Origin: Meyerozyma guilliermondii
Taxonomy: Eukaryota
Length of the DNA: 64,000 bases
Assembly: GCA_051546255.1 (NCBI GenBank)
Contig: CP128822.1
Coordinates: 124,001-188,000 of the forward strand
Direction: 5' to 3'
The notes beneath the pieces are model-generated. The model had not been told where the DNA came from, did not search any database, and was given only the letters and a program-made list of their open reading frames with translations. Each line of letters opens with the position of its first letter. Within the stretch, counting starts at the first letter, position 1. The translations under genes and the position numbers were made by a program. This document shows positions 43,637 through 55,658 of the stretch, piece by piece.

Positions 43637-44908
43637 TCACTTGGCCTCGTTCTTCCTCATCATCTGCTGCATCTTCATCACCTGCTGCTGGAACATCTGC
43701 TGTTGCATCACATTATACTGAGCGGTAAGCCCAATTGCCCGCAGTGGTGCTCTGATTTGGTACATTTCTCCAGGAATCAGTGCGAACGACTGAGTGGGCC
43801 CATTGCCTCTATCGACATTGACCAATGCACACCGGCCCTGTAACCCACCGATGGAGCCAGATATAGCCTGGTTGGCAAGGGTAGAGTCGTTCTGGCCGCC
43901 CAGCAGTCCAGAGGTAATTAGTGCATTGGCATAGGCTTCTCGCATGTACAAAAACCGATGTCGCGATCGTTGCAGTACCATTACCTTTCGTTCGAGAGGC
44001 ATAGGGTAATTCTTGGAGAGTCCTTCGAGCACCAAGTGGGTTTCTTCGTCGGCATCTAAGACCCTCAGGCTTACACCACCTTCATCCATATAATCCATTC
44101 CAGGTCCATCACGTCGCTGGGCTGCCAAGGCATTGGTTTGTGCCATTTTCGCCTGGTTTCGTTTCTGGTACTGCTGTAAAAGAACATCGTACGGAGCCAG
44201 CCGCCCGGGAACCGCACGTTTGGCGCCCATAGAGTGGGTTTTACAAGTAAGCAGTCGAGCACAGAATCCACCCGACGGTAACGGCACTCCACACTGACGT
44301 TCAACATCAATGGGACCCTTCAGTTTCGCCTGGGTTTTGCTCTTGGTGATCTTTTTACGCCGAGGACCATCACCGGCTGCCGCTGCTGCTGCTGCTGCTG
44401 CTGCGTTGGCGGCTTCTTTCTCCTTTTGCGACTGGCTCTTCTTGTACTTTTTCTTTGGTCTCGCCGGAGTTGTAGAGCCGGTGGGAGTTCCTGGCGCTGG
44501 AGTACCGTTCATCGGGGTGCCGGTAGTGGACAGGTCTGCCAGGGAAGCTTCTACATCGAGCAATCTGGGCATTCTTCCTCGTTTTCTTTTGGACCCATTG
44601 GCACTGCCATGGTCATCATTGGAACGCAGTTTCATTTCCACACAACGAGGATAATGGGAAGCAAGGCTCTTTTCGCCAATTGGTCGCTGGCACAGGTTAC
44701 AAATCTGATATTTGACCACTTGCGAGAGAAGCAGCTCGTCGGAAGCACTTCTAAAATGGTGGGTGACGGCCGAATCGTTATGGGAAGTCGTGACTATGTC
44801 AACCTTCTTGTCCAAGTAGTTACCGAACTCCTTCCAAACAAGGGGTTTTGAGTCGTTAGAGAGCGCCAGAACACTAGAGAGTGTGACTACCTGGGAGGAG
44901 GGGTGCAT
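43637..44908 (-). CDS. SGF73: SAGA deubiquitination module subunit Sgf73
   Basis: N-terminal CxxC...HxxxC finger; SCA7 domain [19 protein letters not shown](S)[14 protein letters not shown]. Confidence 0.93.
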   Translation of the reverse strand: MHPSSQVVTLSSVLALSNDSKPLVWKEFGNYLDKKVDIVTTSHNDSAVTHHFRSASDELLLSQVVKYQICNLCQRPIGEKSLASHYPRCVEMKLRSNDDHGSANGSKRKRGRMPRLLDVEASLADLSTTGTPMNGTPAPGTPTGSTTPARPKKKYKKSQSQKEKEAANAAAAAAAAAAGDGPRRKKITKSKTQAKLKGPIDVERQCGVPLPSGGFCARLLTCKTHSMGAKRAVPGRLAPYDVLLQQYQKRNQAKMAQTNALAAQRRDGPGMDYMDEGGVSLRVLDADEETHLVLEGLSKNYPMPLERKVMVLQRSRHRFLYMREAYANALITSGLLGGQNDSTLANQAISGSIGGLQGRCALVNVDRGNGPTQSFALIPGEMYQIRAPLRAIGLTAQYNVMQQQMFQQQVMKMQQMMRKNEAK

Positions 44909-45485
44909 ATGTTGAGAGTGTTGGTGAGGATTGAAGAAATGAAGGGTGTGTGCAGGACCGCGAGCACCGAGCAGCGCCAGCTGCGAGGGAAGGTAGAGAG
45001 AGCTAGGGAAAGTGGAATGAAGTGCGGAAGGCAGAAATTTGGTTATTGAGGGTATTGATTGAACATTCTACTTTGCATTTTGTTTAAAAATTTTTGAAGG
45101 TTTTGAGTTTCAAATCTTTTCTTTATTTTCACATTATTCTCCATATCTGTCTCCCATTTTCTTCATTCAAAAAGTGACTAGTTTCCTGAACTACTAGTTG
45201 CCAGCACTTTTCTCTAAGTTCTTAGTTATCCCATTTTATATTTTCGCTCGCATTTTCTGCAAATCATGAGCGTCGCATCACTGCTGACGGCTGCAAACAA
45301 AATATGATGAAAAGAATTGAATAAAATATCAAAGAACTTCGAATCAGTCAACAGAAGTAAAATCTTTCAGCTTTTCTCTTCGATTTCCCAATTTAATCAT
45401 TTTGCTAATTGATTCTTCTCTCCATTTTTCTCTCCATTTTCTCTCTTTTTCCTGCAGGCTCATCGCGAAATACTCTTCTTCAACC

Positions 45486-47627
45486 ATGTTTGGCAAAGCA
45501 CTCTTTTCCTTATGCTGTGCCTTATACCTTCTATCTGGCGGAAGATGGACATTTGCCTTAGCTGGTGGTATCATATTGACCTTGGCGTCCACGAAAAAAG
45601 CTAACGAAAAGGTAACTTTGCCACAAAAAACCACAAAGAAACCAAGTCCCATTGTGGCTGTAGATTTCACTACAACCTCAACAGCAAGAAGTTCTTCTAG
45701 AGCTACTCCCAGAACTGCTCCCAGACCCGTTCCCAAGAAGAGAACTCCCAAGATCTTCAAAGGATCTCGTCCTTCAGCTCAAGAAGCAGCCCCAACTGAA
45801 TCTTCGTTGACAGAATCTACAAACTTATCCAATACCAAAATCCACATTTTCTACACAACACTCACGGGAACGTCTCTACGTGTTGCCCAGTCACTCCAGG
45901 AGGAGTTGAAGACTCTCAAACTCGATTTTCAGCCAAAACTCGTCAGTCTTGATGACGATGTAGACGACCTCGAAGAATACTTTTTGAGGTGTCCACCCAA
46001 CAGTCTTTATGTTTTGGTCCTTCCCTCATATGAGACAGATTCGCCCATAGACTACTTCCTAGAACACCTCCGGGAAACCTATAACGATTTTAGGGTTGAC
46101 AAATACCCATTACAGAAACTTGTAGGGTACGCTGTTCTCGGGATGGGAGATTCGGAATCTTGGCCAGAAAAGTTTTGTTATCAGGCTACTAGCGCTGATA
46201 AGTGGCTTGCGAAGCTTGGAGGGCGAAGGGTTTTCCCTTTGGGAAAAATGTCGATCAAGCATAATGGAGAGGAAAAAGCTCAAGAATGGATCAAGCAGTT
46301 TGCAAGCTTGGTGGCCGACCCAGAACCGTTTTATCTTGACCGAGAAATAGAAGACAGTGATAACGAGACTGGTAGCGACGATGCTGATACTTTGGTGGAT
46401 GTGGAGGATATGGGTGATATTATACGCAAACTGGGCGATAAACCTGAAGTCAAGCAAATGGTAGCCCAGGATTCTCCAACCTACAAATCTTTGACCAAGC
46501 AAGGCTATACCATAGTCGGGTCTCACTCGGGAGTGAAGATTTGTCGGTGGACCAAGAGTGCATTGCGTGGAAGAGGTTCATGCTACAAGTTTGCATTTTA
46601 CGGTATAAGGTCGCATCTTTGTATGGAAACCACTCCATCTTTAGCATGTTCCAACAAGTGTGTCTTTTGTTGGCGCCATGGAACAAACCCTGTGGCTAAG
46701 CTGACTTGGAGATGGGAATTGGATCCTCCAGAAAAGGTGTTTGAAGGAGCATTGGAGGGACACTACAAAAAAATCAAGCAGTTGCGAGGAGTTCCAGGAG
46801 TTCAAATGGACCGGTTTCAAGAAGCATTTACGGTTCGTCATTGTGCTCTTTCGCTTGTGGGAGAACCCATTTTCTATCCCTACATCAACGAGCTTGTAGG
46901 AATGCTTCACAAAAACCACATTTCATCGTTCTTGGTATGCAATGCCCAGCATCCTGACCAGTTGGCAAAGTTGGCCAAAGTGACCCAATTATATGTCAGT
47001 ATTGATGCTCCCACAAGAACAGACTTGAAGAAGGTGGACCGTCCGCTCAACGCCGATTTCTGGGAGAGATTAATGTCGTGCTTGGATATCTTGCGGACGG
47101 TTCAGTCGCACCAAAGAACTGTTTTCCGGTTAACTTTGGTCAAAGGTTTCAATATGAACGATGTGGCTTCTTATGCCGATATGGTGGAAAGAGCTCGTCC
47201 TTCGCAGATAGAGATCAAGGGAGCCACTTTCTGTGGATCGTCAAATTCCAATGGGAACCCACTCACTATGCAAAATATTCCCTTTTACGAAGAGTGCAAA
47301 TCGTTTGTCGAATCTTTGGCACAAGAATTGCAGTCTCGAGGACTGGACTACCAGATTGCAGCCGAGCATGCCCACTCGTGTTGTATATTGATGGCACATG
47401 CCAAATTCAAGATCAATGGGAAATGGAACACACATATCGACTATCCAAAGTTCTTTGAGTTGCTTGAACTGGGTCAAGATTTCGTGGATTTGGATTATGT
47501 CAAAGAAACCCCAGAATGGGCACTCTGGGGCTCTGACGAGGCAGGTTTCTTCCCTGACGATACCAAGTTCGATAGAAAGGCAGAGAAGTTGCGGCGCCGT
47601 TTGGAACGGGAAGAGATGGAGGCTTGA
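45486..47627 (+). CDS. TYW1: Wybutosine biosynthesis radical-SAM/flavodoxin protein Tyw1
   Basis: Flavodoxin domain (YTTLTGTS), GSHSGVKICRWTK, CSNKCVFC, HCALSLVGEP, AEHAHSCC; ATG at 45486. Confidence 0.96.
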   Translation: MFGKALFSLCCALYLLSGGRWTFALAGGIILTLASTKKANEKVTLPQKTTKKPSPIVAVDFTTTSTARSSSRATPRTAPRPVPKKRTPKIFKGSRPSAQEAAPTESSLTESTNLSNTKIHIFYTTLTGTSLRVAQSLQEELKTLKLDFQPKLVSLDDDVDDLEEYFLRCPPNSLYVLVLPSYETDSPIDYFLEHLRETYNDFRVDKYPLQKLVGYAVLGMGDSESWPEKFCYQATSADKWLAKLGGRRVFPLGKMSIKHNGEEKAQEWIKQFASLVADPEPFYLDREIEDSDNETGSDDADTLVDVEDMGDIIRKLGDKPEVKQMVAQDSPTYKSLTKQGYTIVGSHSGVKICRWTKSALRGRGSCYKFAFYGIRSHLCMETTPSLACSNKCVFCWRHGTNPVAKLTWRWELDPPEKVFEGALEGHYKKIKQLRGVPGVQMDRFQEAFTVRHCALSLVGEPIFYPYINELVGMLHKNHISSFLVCNAQHPDQLAKLAKVTQLYVSIDAPTRTDLKKVDRPLNADFWERLMSCLDILRTVQSHQRTVFRLTLVKGFNMNDVASYADMVERARPSQIEIKGATFCGSSNSNGNPLTMQNIPFYEECKSFVESLAQELQSRGLDYQIAAEHAHSCCILMAHAKFKINGKWNTHIDYPKFFELLELGQDFVDLDYVKETPEWALWGSDEAGFFPDDTKFDRKAEKLRRRLEREEMEA

Positions 47628-47690
47628 TACTTTGTTCCTGTACATAACCTATATCGCGAAATATTTACCTCATTAAGTGTTGAGATTCTC

Positions 47691-49109
47691 ATGGATTGCA
47701 AAAGGATCGCTTTTATCCATCCGGATCTTGGAATAGGCGGTGCCGAGCGATTGGTTGTCGATGCCGCTGTAGGACTCCAGGAGAAGGGCCACCAGGTCAC
47801 AATATATACTTCTCATTGTGACAAGTCACATTGTTTCGATGAGGTCAAAAACGACACGTTGAGTGTGAAAGTTTATGGTGATTTTTTTCCCATTCATTTG
47901 TGCCGAAGGTTCCATATCGTGTTTGCGATCTTGCGCCAGCTATATCTCGTGATAAAACTTGTTTTGAGCTGCGAAATTTTGCAATATGATTATTTTGTTG
48001 TGGATCAATTGTCGTTTTGTGTTCCTCTACTTACTACTTTTAGCCGTCCAGAGTCCAGAATTCTCTTTTACTGTCATTTTCCCGACCAATTGCTTGCTGG
48101 GAAGGGCGGCTTGCTCAAAAAAGCTTATAGAAAGCCGTTCAATTTCATCGAAGAGGTGACCACTGGAACCAGCGATGTTCTCGTTGTCAACTCCAATTTC
48201 ACAAAATCGGTGTTTCACAAGACATTTAAGCACCTCGGCGACGTAGACCCAACGGTTATCTATCCATGTGTGGATGTGGAAGGTCACAATAAAGATCCCT
48301 CTCTGGAAATAAAAGTTGCGAGTGAAGATGTACAGAAGTTTTTCGGTACAAACAAGTTCTTTCTTTCGCTCAATCGGTTCGAGAGAACCAAGAATATCGA
48401 CCTTGCAATCCGCTCATTTGCGAAATTGAAGCATCGGGTCACAGACAGTAAACCCAGACTAGTAATTGCCGGCGGTTACGATCCTCGTGTGGCTGAAAAT
48501 GTCGACTATTTGCGAGAATTAACCGAGTTGTGTAATGATCTCAAACTCCAGTCGTTCACCATGCGTGGAAAGTTGGTTGTGATGCCTCCTTCTACCGATA
48601 TCTTGTTCCTTCCATCAGTTTCAGGACCTGTCAAAGAAGCTTTACTCCAGCATGCCATGCTCTTGTTATACACTCCCACATTTGAGCATTTTGGTATAGT
48701 TCCCGTTGAAAGTATGCTCCATAAAACACCGGTTCTTGCTGCAAATACTGGCGGTCCAACAGAAACTATCGAGGATTATGATGGCACTAATTTGTCTTCT
48801 GCGACTGGTTTTTGTCGTCCCACAAATCCTGATACATGGGGCGAAGTTATCATTTCCTATTACACAGACTACTCTGACGAGATGAGAAAGACACTAGGTG
48901 AAAATGGGTACGTTCGTGTGGCCGAAAAATTCCTGAGACAGGAAATGGCTGAACAATTTTCAAACAGTTTGATGGCCCTGACGAGTGTGCCAAAGAAGAG
49001 CAATTTCTTGGTGTTGATTCTCGGCAACCTCGAATGGATCTTGCTCTTGGTGGCAGTGATGTTGGCGTTCGGTAAAAAGGATATTATGTCTATGTATCAT
49101 GATTCATGA
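47691..49109 (+). CDS. ALG2: Alpha-1,3/1,6-mannosyltransferase Alg2
   Basis: FIHPDLGIGGAERLVVDAA, FYCHFPDQLL, SLNRFER, EHFGIVPVE. Confidence 0.97.
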   Translation: MDCKRIAFIHPDLGIGGAERLVVDAAVGLQEKGHQVTIYTSHCDKSHCFDEVKNDTLSVKVYGDFFPIHLCRRFHIVFAILRQLYLVIKLVLSCEILQYDYFVVDQLSFCVPLLTTFSRPESRILFYCHFPDQLLAGKGGLLKKAYRKPFNFIEEVTTGTSDVLVVNSNFTKSVFHKTFKHLGDVDPTVIYPCVDVEGHNKDPSLEIKVASEDVQKFFGTNKFFLSLNRFERTKNIDLAIRSFAKLKHRVTDSKPRLVIAGGYDPRVAENVDYLRELTELCNDLKLQSFTMRGKLVVMPPSTDILFLPSVSGPVKEALLQHAMLLLYTPTFEHFGIVPVESMLHKTPVLAANTGGPTETIEDYDGTNLSSATGFCRPTNPDTWGEVIISYYTDYSDEMRKTLGENGYVRVAEKFLRQEMAEQFSNSLMALTSVPKKSNFLVLILGNLEWILLLVAVMLAFGKKDIMSMYHDS

Positions 49110-50384
49110 CCGCATCATCTCCTTTATAGATTTCCAGAAATGCAACGGTTGGGATTGTGTGGATGAGCTGGGTGAGCTCCCTGAACTAGATGGTCCAGAC
49201 GACTTGCCTGCAGTGTCAAACAACAGAAACATGGATCGTGAGCTGTTCATCCTTGCACGAACTTCTCGAGCTCTGGCTTCACGCTCGTACCATGCCTCAA
49301 CAGACTGTTCTAGATTCTCCATGGAACGCTTGAACAGGTTTCTGATCTCCAGGTCGAAAACAAGCTTGAATTTGTGCAAATGGGGCGATGGACACATCAA
49401 ATTGTAGTTCCTGATGAAGGAGTTTATGTGCTTGATTTTCTCGTTGACATATGGCATTTGCTTCGAAGCAAACAGGTTATCGTAAGCAGATTTCGACAAT
49501 GGACGTGCTCTGGCAAGAACGTCTAGCTTGGAGTTTGAACCTGGGTTCAACTGAGAGAGCATATTTTTTGTCCATAGATTATCCAAGTCTTCACGAAACA
49601 GTTTGATCTCCCGCTCGAGAGTCTGTTGCGACTCGATCCACGGAGGCAACACGTCCTGATTGCTAAGAATCTGGTTCACAAAGTAATTTGTATCGGTGGC
49701 ATTTGCCAAATGTTTGGGATCCAACGGTTTACCGCGAACTGAGTCCATCAGAGGCGAGTCGAATTTGCCAGTTTTTCTGTTGATTGTCGAGTGAATCCTT
49801 ACGTCTGCCATAGTTTGAGCTAGCCCCATAGTGGCTGTGGGCGAATTGGAGTTTATAAGCATTGAAGGACCTAAAAGTCTTTCTTTGTACAACTCACGAA
49901 AATTGTCTTCCTCAGAACGAGCCCCGGTTTTGTAGTCTAAACTACCTTCTCTGGCATTAACCATTCGAGTCTTGGGGTCCTTAGGGGGTGACATGATCCT
50001 ATTGTGATTATTGACTGGTTTTGGAGGCGGCATCAGATCTAGAATCATACGATTATGAGCATCAAGGGGAGATTCGGAACCATTCCAAGCGGGTTTTGTG
50101 ACGGTATCAGCAATATATTTTGCATGTCTGTTTCCATTTAAAAGATTTTCACGCTCTAATAGTGCCATTTGAGCCAGGTGTTGGCGTTTGAACTCCGAAT
50201 CTTTTTGACTTTCAGAAGAATATTTGTCATAAAGTTCCTTTAATTTCGGGTTTTCATCAATAATTGATTTCTGTTGAGGTTGGTCTAGTTTGTCTTCAAG
50301 CATCTGCTGGAACCGCTCCGACAAAGCCGACTGGCGGGCGGTGGCCAGGGTTTGAAATTGATGGAGGTGGCAAATACGTTGCAT
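49104..50384 (-). CDS. Probable mitochondrial DUF1992 (DNAJC28-conserved-domain) protein
   Basis: GKFD...RGKPL...TNYFVNQILSNQDVLPPWIE signature; IRNYNLMCP; presequence-like N-terminus. Confidence 0.7.
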   Translation of the reverse strand: MQRICHLHQFQTLATARQSALSERFQQMLEDKLDQPQQKSIIDENPKLKELYDKYSSESQKDSEFKRQHLAQMALLERENLLNGNRHAKYIADTVTKPAWNGSESPLDAHNRMILDLMPPPKPVNNHNRIMSPPKDPKTRMVNAREGSLDYKTGARSEEDNFRELYKERLLGPSMLINSNSPTATMGLAQTMADVRIHSTINRKTGKFDSPLMDSVRGKPLDPKHLANATDTNYFVNQILSNQDVLPPWIESQQTLEREIKLFREDLDNLWTKNMLSQLNPGSNSKLDVLARARPLSKSAYDNLFASKQMPYVNEKIKHINSFIRNYNLMCPSPHLHKFKLVFDLEIRNLFKRSMENLEQSVEAWYEREARAREVRARMNSSRSMFLLFDTAGKSSGPSSSGSSPSSSTQSQPLHFWKSIKEMMRS

Positions 50385-50650
50385 AGTGAGAACTTACAAC
50401 TGATTTCAAAAGTATACATTTGGTGTACTGGGTCTATAAGTGTCCGAGAAGGGACGTGATCTTGGTCTCATAAGCTGCGGGATGGAAGCGTAGGGTTTCA
50501 AGCGTACGAATATGTTCCTCGCAAAAGGATGGTTTAAACGTAGGGATGTGTTAAGCGAGGTTAAGCGGGAATCGCTTGGTGTTGGGTATTGGTCGTTACT
50601 GTTGGTTTTTACTGTTGGGTCTTTGTTGAGTTCAATTGGATCAGTGGTCG

Positions 50651-51004
50651 TTACAAAGCGTAGAACACCAACACACCCAGGCCTATCACTATCGTGGTCA
50701 AAAACAAAAGCTTGACCACAAACGCTGTGACATGTTCTCGTTTCCCGCCGGCAGTAATGATCATTTGTTTCTCGAGATCCTCGTCGTCCATCAACTGAAT
50801 CTTGCCCCTCGAGGCAGGATATGGAACAGAAACATCCGTGTGACTGTCGTTGGATAATACCGACGAAATGGACTGGGAATGGAGCCGTTTTGGTGGAAGG
50901 TCGGACACCGTATTTATGGTGGGGACCACCGACTCGGAATGAGGTTTTCCTAGTGAAGGTTTTGTAGGTTTCTTGGTAACGGATACTGCACGTTCACGCG
51001 ACAT
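50651..51004 (-). CDS. 117-aa putative tail-anchored membrane protein
   Basis: ATG at 51004, TATATAAA about 70 nt upstream, Ser-rich body, DLEK then C-terminal TM FVVKLLFLTTIVIGLGVLVFYAL. Confidence 0.6.
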   Translation of the reverse strand: MSRERAVSVTKKPTKPSLGKPHSESVVPTINTVSDLPPKRLHSQSISSVLSNDSHTDVSVPYPASRGKIQLMDDEDLEKQMIITAGGKREHVTAFVVKLLFLTTIVIGLGVLVFYAL

Positions 51005-51531
51005 TATAAAGTTTTGTTGAATATTTGTGAAGGTAGTGAAGCGTAATAAATGTGTTGTGGAGGGGAATGCATTTATATATGACGTGTGCGGCGCGCGCGG
51101 GGCGTCCACGAGGCTGTACGTTTGTGTGCAGGCGGTGCCTCGCGACTAAAGGTACGGAGGAAATGAGCGAGATGAACCAAAATATAAAAATTGAAATTGG
51201 TCTAATGGATATGAGTAATAGTGTTAAGTGATTTAGTTGATCATAATTGCTTAGTTCTTTTTTTTTCTGTTTTTTGACCAGATCGGCACACGATGGTAGC
51301 CGTGCAATGCTCAAAACTGCTTCTATTTTTACTAATTGGGCGGTTAAAGTGCGGGTGCACGGGTGTGCTTCCTGTTTTAGCGAGCGGCGGTAATCACCAA
51401 AGGGTTGCAGATGAAAGATGACAGGCAACTCCTGAAAAAAAACTTGAGCGTTGACTGTATCGCATTATTGTATATTGAACTCTATATATCATAAATCATA
51501 AATTTTCAGCTAGTCTTTCGTCTGATTTCAG

Positions 51532-51984
51532 CTAGCCAAAGTAAAGTGAGCCCTGGCTAGGAAGCGAAGGAAAAAGGTACCGCGACACATTTGTGACGGT
51601 TCCGTTAATGTTTGGAGTCAAGTAATTGAGTTTGAAAATGTCATTAGTGACATTGTCAATTGCGTCAATTGCTTCAATTGAAGCGATTTCGTCAATTTCC
51701 TCATTTTCTACTTTCAATCTAACAGTTTCATCTTCTTCATCTTCTTCGTCTTCGTCTTCACTGTCTGTCCAATCTGAGTACATCGAACTGGCCTCGGAGT
51801 TTACCGGCGTGGGCCATGGGTCTCTTTCTACCGGACCAAATTGATCATAATCAGCAAAATAGTCTGAAGTCTTCTCACACTGATACACCACCATCGTTGC
51901 CTTTTTGCTTTTCTGCTTGTTACTTCGACGCTTGTTCAACCGACGAACCATACGGCCCCAAACATTATTCTCGGTGTGAAGCAT
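51532..51984 (-). CDS. 150-aa hypothetical protein (basic N-terminus, acidic tract)
   Basis: First ATG at 51984, TATATATA about 35 nt upstream; RRLNKRRSNKQKSKK then DSEDEDEEDEEDE; no recognised family. Confidence 0.55.
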   Translation of the reverse strand: MLHTENNVWGRMVRRLNKRRSNKQKSKKATMVVYQCEKTSDYFADYDQFGPVERDPWPTPVNSEASSMYSDWTDSEDEDEEDEEDETVRLKVENEEIDEIASIEAIDAIDNVTNDIFKLNYLTPNINGTVTNVSRYLFPSLPSQGSLYFG

Positions 51985-52378
51985 GTCGAAATGATCAACT
52001 GGCACCAGATATGCATATATATATGCATCCGTGGTCGTTCCTCGGAACGGCTACCGTTATCTGTTGCTGCAGACAAACCACATGTTTCTCTGCAGAAAAT
52101 GACCTAAAATGTCATCCTGTGATAATACAATTGACACATACGGCAAAACACATACGGCAGCACAGTACCAATGTTGTATCATCTGCAAGCCTCCGACGCG
52201 AATTACCAATTGAGCATCCGAACCAGGAACTGGTTCCGTCAAAAAAAGCGTCTAGGCATATGATTTGCATGTGAATGTGCTCCCCTCCGGAGCTTCTCCG
52301 AGATATACGGTAGTGGCGAGATCACGCAGTGGCGAGATCACAGTAAGGGGCTAGATGTGGTCTGAGGGTTGATGGCTG

Positions 52379-52466
52379 ATTGTCACATGCAATTGCTTGG
52401 TCCGTATATATCTTGGCAAGTGCAGGAGCTACCAAGTATACGGACCAAGCAATTTCACAAGACAAT
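52379..52466. repeat. Inverted repeat / hairpin with perfect 18-bp arms
   Basis: AATTGCTTGGTCCGTATA 52391-52408 and TATACGGACCAAGCAATT 52437-52454; inner CTTGG/CCAAG and outer ATTGTC/GACAAT also pair. Confidence 0.9.
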
Positions 52467-52803
52467 GCCGAGAGCACTCCGGCGATGCGGCCTAGAAGCG
52501 AGGCTAAATATAATAACGGAGGCCAAGCGGATGTAGAAAAATTAAAGTCCAAAGAAATCAAAACAAACAAACAGACAAAAACGACCAGAAAGAAAAAACG
52601 TGTTCATTTAATTCATTGATCCGAATCCCTTCATCGAGACTAATTATTATTTCTTTATATTCAAGTCGTAATTTTTTATATTTCTGTCCATCCTCTTTAC
52701 TCTTTTCTCTTTTCTCTTTATTTGCAGCCGTTCGTGTATATACCCCAGCCAAACACCAGCGTCCGATCCTTGAATTTGTCGCGAACTTTTCTTTGCTGTT
52801 ATC

Positions 52804-53421
<618 letters not shown>

Positions 53422-53643
53422 CGTTATAATATTAATCGTCATCGCTATCGTCATACTGCACTGCTATTGCTACTGCTACCACTTCTACCTGCTACCAACT
53501 GCTACTGCTACTGCTTTTCATCGCTTCTACTTTACTACTTCTTGCTACTCCTGCTTTTTCTATGCTACTTGCTTCTCTTCTGTTACGCTCGCTCGTCACG
53601 TGACCTCATCTCTCATTTCTGCTTTTTCAGCTCACTCCACATC

Positions 53644-55578
53644 ATGGATGGCTTGAACAAAGGTGCTCTTCACCCTGAACCAAAGAAGTTCAAGGTCCCT
53701 AAGGGACCCAAGCCGATTGCCCATAAAAACAAGAACTTGATCGGTTTAGGACGCTCGATCGCAAACAAAAGGAGAACTGAAAATGAAGTCCAAATTCTTC
53801 CCGATGGCGAAATGAGATTTACGACCGACAAAAGAGAGGCTGACTGGGTCAAGCTTCGTAGTGTGACCCAGGAGAATGCATTGGATGAGTTTTTGAACAC
53901 GGCAGAAATGGCAGATACAGATTTCACGGCTGAGAAGCATCAGCTGGTGAAAATCATCAAGGTTGGTAATAATACTGTGGTGCCCCAAACTGGGTTGTTG
54001 AGCCCAGAGGAGGTTCTTGAGCTTCGTAAAAAGCACCAGGTTTTCGAAAACAAGTTGACGATTCCAAGACGGCCCAAATGGAACAAGTCGCAACTGCGTA
54101 TCGAAATCGATCGTCAGGAGAACCTTGCTTTCTTGGACTGGCGTCGTGAATTGGCAGCATTAACAGAGAATAACGACTTGTTATTAACTCCTTTTGAGCG
54201 TAATTTGGAGGTGTGGAAACAGCTTTGGCGTGTGGTTGAACGATGTGATTTGGTGGTGCAAATTGTCGATGCTAGGGCTCCGCTCTTTTTCAGATCGGTG
54301 GATTTGGACCGCTACGTGAACAGTTTGAGCACAGAAGAACTGCCAAAACGTAACTTGTTGTTGGTGAACAAGGCTGATTTGCTTACAGAAACTCAGCGTA
54401 AAGCATGGGCAGATTACTTTAACGACGTGGGCATCAACTATGTGTTTTTCTCTGCTGTTCGGGCTGCTGAGCAAACTGAGGCAGAGCTTGCGGCTGAGGC
54501 AGCGGCTGCTGAAAGAGAGACCGACTCTGATTCTGAACCTGAACAGGATTCTGACGCTGTAATTGAAGATTCAGTTCATAAAGACCCAACCCGTATCTTG
54601 GGTGTCGATGAGCTCGAGGCACTTTTCCTTTCCGAGTCACCCAGATCTCCTTCTGACGAATCAAAGCTCCAAATTGGACTTGTTGGTTACCCCAATGTGG
54701 GTAAATCCTCCACGATCAATGCCCTTGTCGGTGCCAAGAAGGTTTCCGTATCGGCTACTCCAGGTAAAACTAAACATTTCCAAACCATCCACCTTTCTCC
54801 TGAAGTATTGTTGTGCGATTGTCCTGGTCTTGTGTTCCCCAATTTCGCCTATACCAAAGGAGAGTTGGTGTGTAATGGTGTACTTCCTATTGATCAATTA
54901 AGAGAGCATATTCCACCTGTATCTTTGGTTTGTCAAAGAGTACCCAAGTTTTTCCTCGAGGCGGTTTACGGTATACATATTCCCATTCAAAAACAAGAAG
55001 ATGGAGGTAACGGAACTTATCCTACTGCGAGAGAGCTACTTAATGCATACGCTCGTGCTCGTGGATACATGACACAAGGTTTCGGTAGTGCTGATGAGCC
55101 TCGTGCCGCTCGATATATCTTGAAAGATTATATCACCGGAAAACTTTTGTTTGTGAACCCACCGCCGAAGAAGGGAACAAACGGTGAATGGGAGCTTGCC
55201 CTGGTTGAAGAAGGACGTGATTTTAATAAGGAATTGTTCACATTGGACCATCTTCCAGAGTCCAGACAGCAACAGATCGAGACGGCACTTTCACACAAAA
55301 ACATGGATGTTAATGAATTCGATCTTTCTCGAGACTTGGCTAAGCTTACATTTTCTATGCATTCAGGAGGAGAAACGGGAGAGACCAAATTTTACGGGGG
55401 AAAACAAGCGGCATTGGAAAGTGCCGGTGACGATCTTGACCGGGAATTTTTCAAGATGAACAATGTCAATGGAAAGTTTTCCACTCCATTCCACAAGTTG
55501 GGATCGGGAAGTGGCAGCAAGAAGCATGGTAAGAAGAACAAGAAGGCGGAAAAGAAGAAACGGGTTACTGGATATTGA
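53644..55578 (+). CDS. LSG1: 60S export/maturation GTPase Lsg1
   Basis: LPDGEMRFTTD, LRSVTQE, TPFERNLEVWKQLWRVVER, NKADLL, GYPNVGKSS, DCPG; ATG at 53644; GTCACGTGAC and CTCATC motifs upstream. Confidence 0.96.
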   Translation: MDGLNKGALHPEPKKFKVPKGPKPIAHKNKNLIGLGRSIANKRRTENEVQILPDGEMRFTTDKREADWVKLRSVTQENALDEFLNTAEMADTDFTAEKHQLVKIIKVGNNTVVPQTGLLSPEEVLELRKKHQVFENKLTIPRRPKWNKSQLRIEIDRQENLAFLDWRRELAALTENNDLLLTPFERNLEVWKQLWRVVERCDLVVQIVDARAPLFFRSVDLDRYVNSLSTEELPKRNLLLVNKADLLTETQRKAWADYFNDVGINYVFFSAVRAAEQTEAELAAEAAAAERETDSDSEPEQDSDAVIEDSVHKDPTRILGVDELEALFLSESPRSPSDESKLQIGLVGYPNVGKSSTINALVGAKKVSVSATPGKTKHFQTIHLSPEVLLCDCPGLVFPNFAYTKGELVCNGVLPIDQLREHIPPVSLVCQRVPKFFLEAVYGIHIPIQKQEDGGNGTYPTARELLNAYARARGYMTQGFGSADEPRAARYILKDYITGKLLFVNPPPKKGTNGEWELALVEEGRDFNKELFTLDHLPESRQQQIETALSHKNMDVNEFDLSRDLAKLTFSMHSGGETGETKFYGGKQAALESAGDDLDREFFKMNNVNGKFSTPFHKLGSGSGSKKHGKKNKKAEKKKRVTGY

Positions 55579-55658
55579 TAGACAATACAGAAAAGAATCG
55601 TAAGCTACTAGAAACTGAAAAAGTCTCATCCTACAGTCACTGGTTACCAATCGTTCAT

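Noticed and set aside
53467..53643. Hydrophobic N-terminal extension of LSG1 in the ORF track
   Set aside because: Derives from low-complexity CTA/CTG/CTT repeats downstream of SAR1 with a TTG start; homology begins after ATG 53644.
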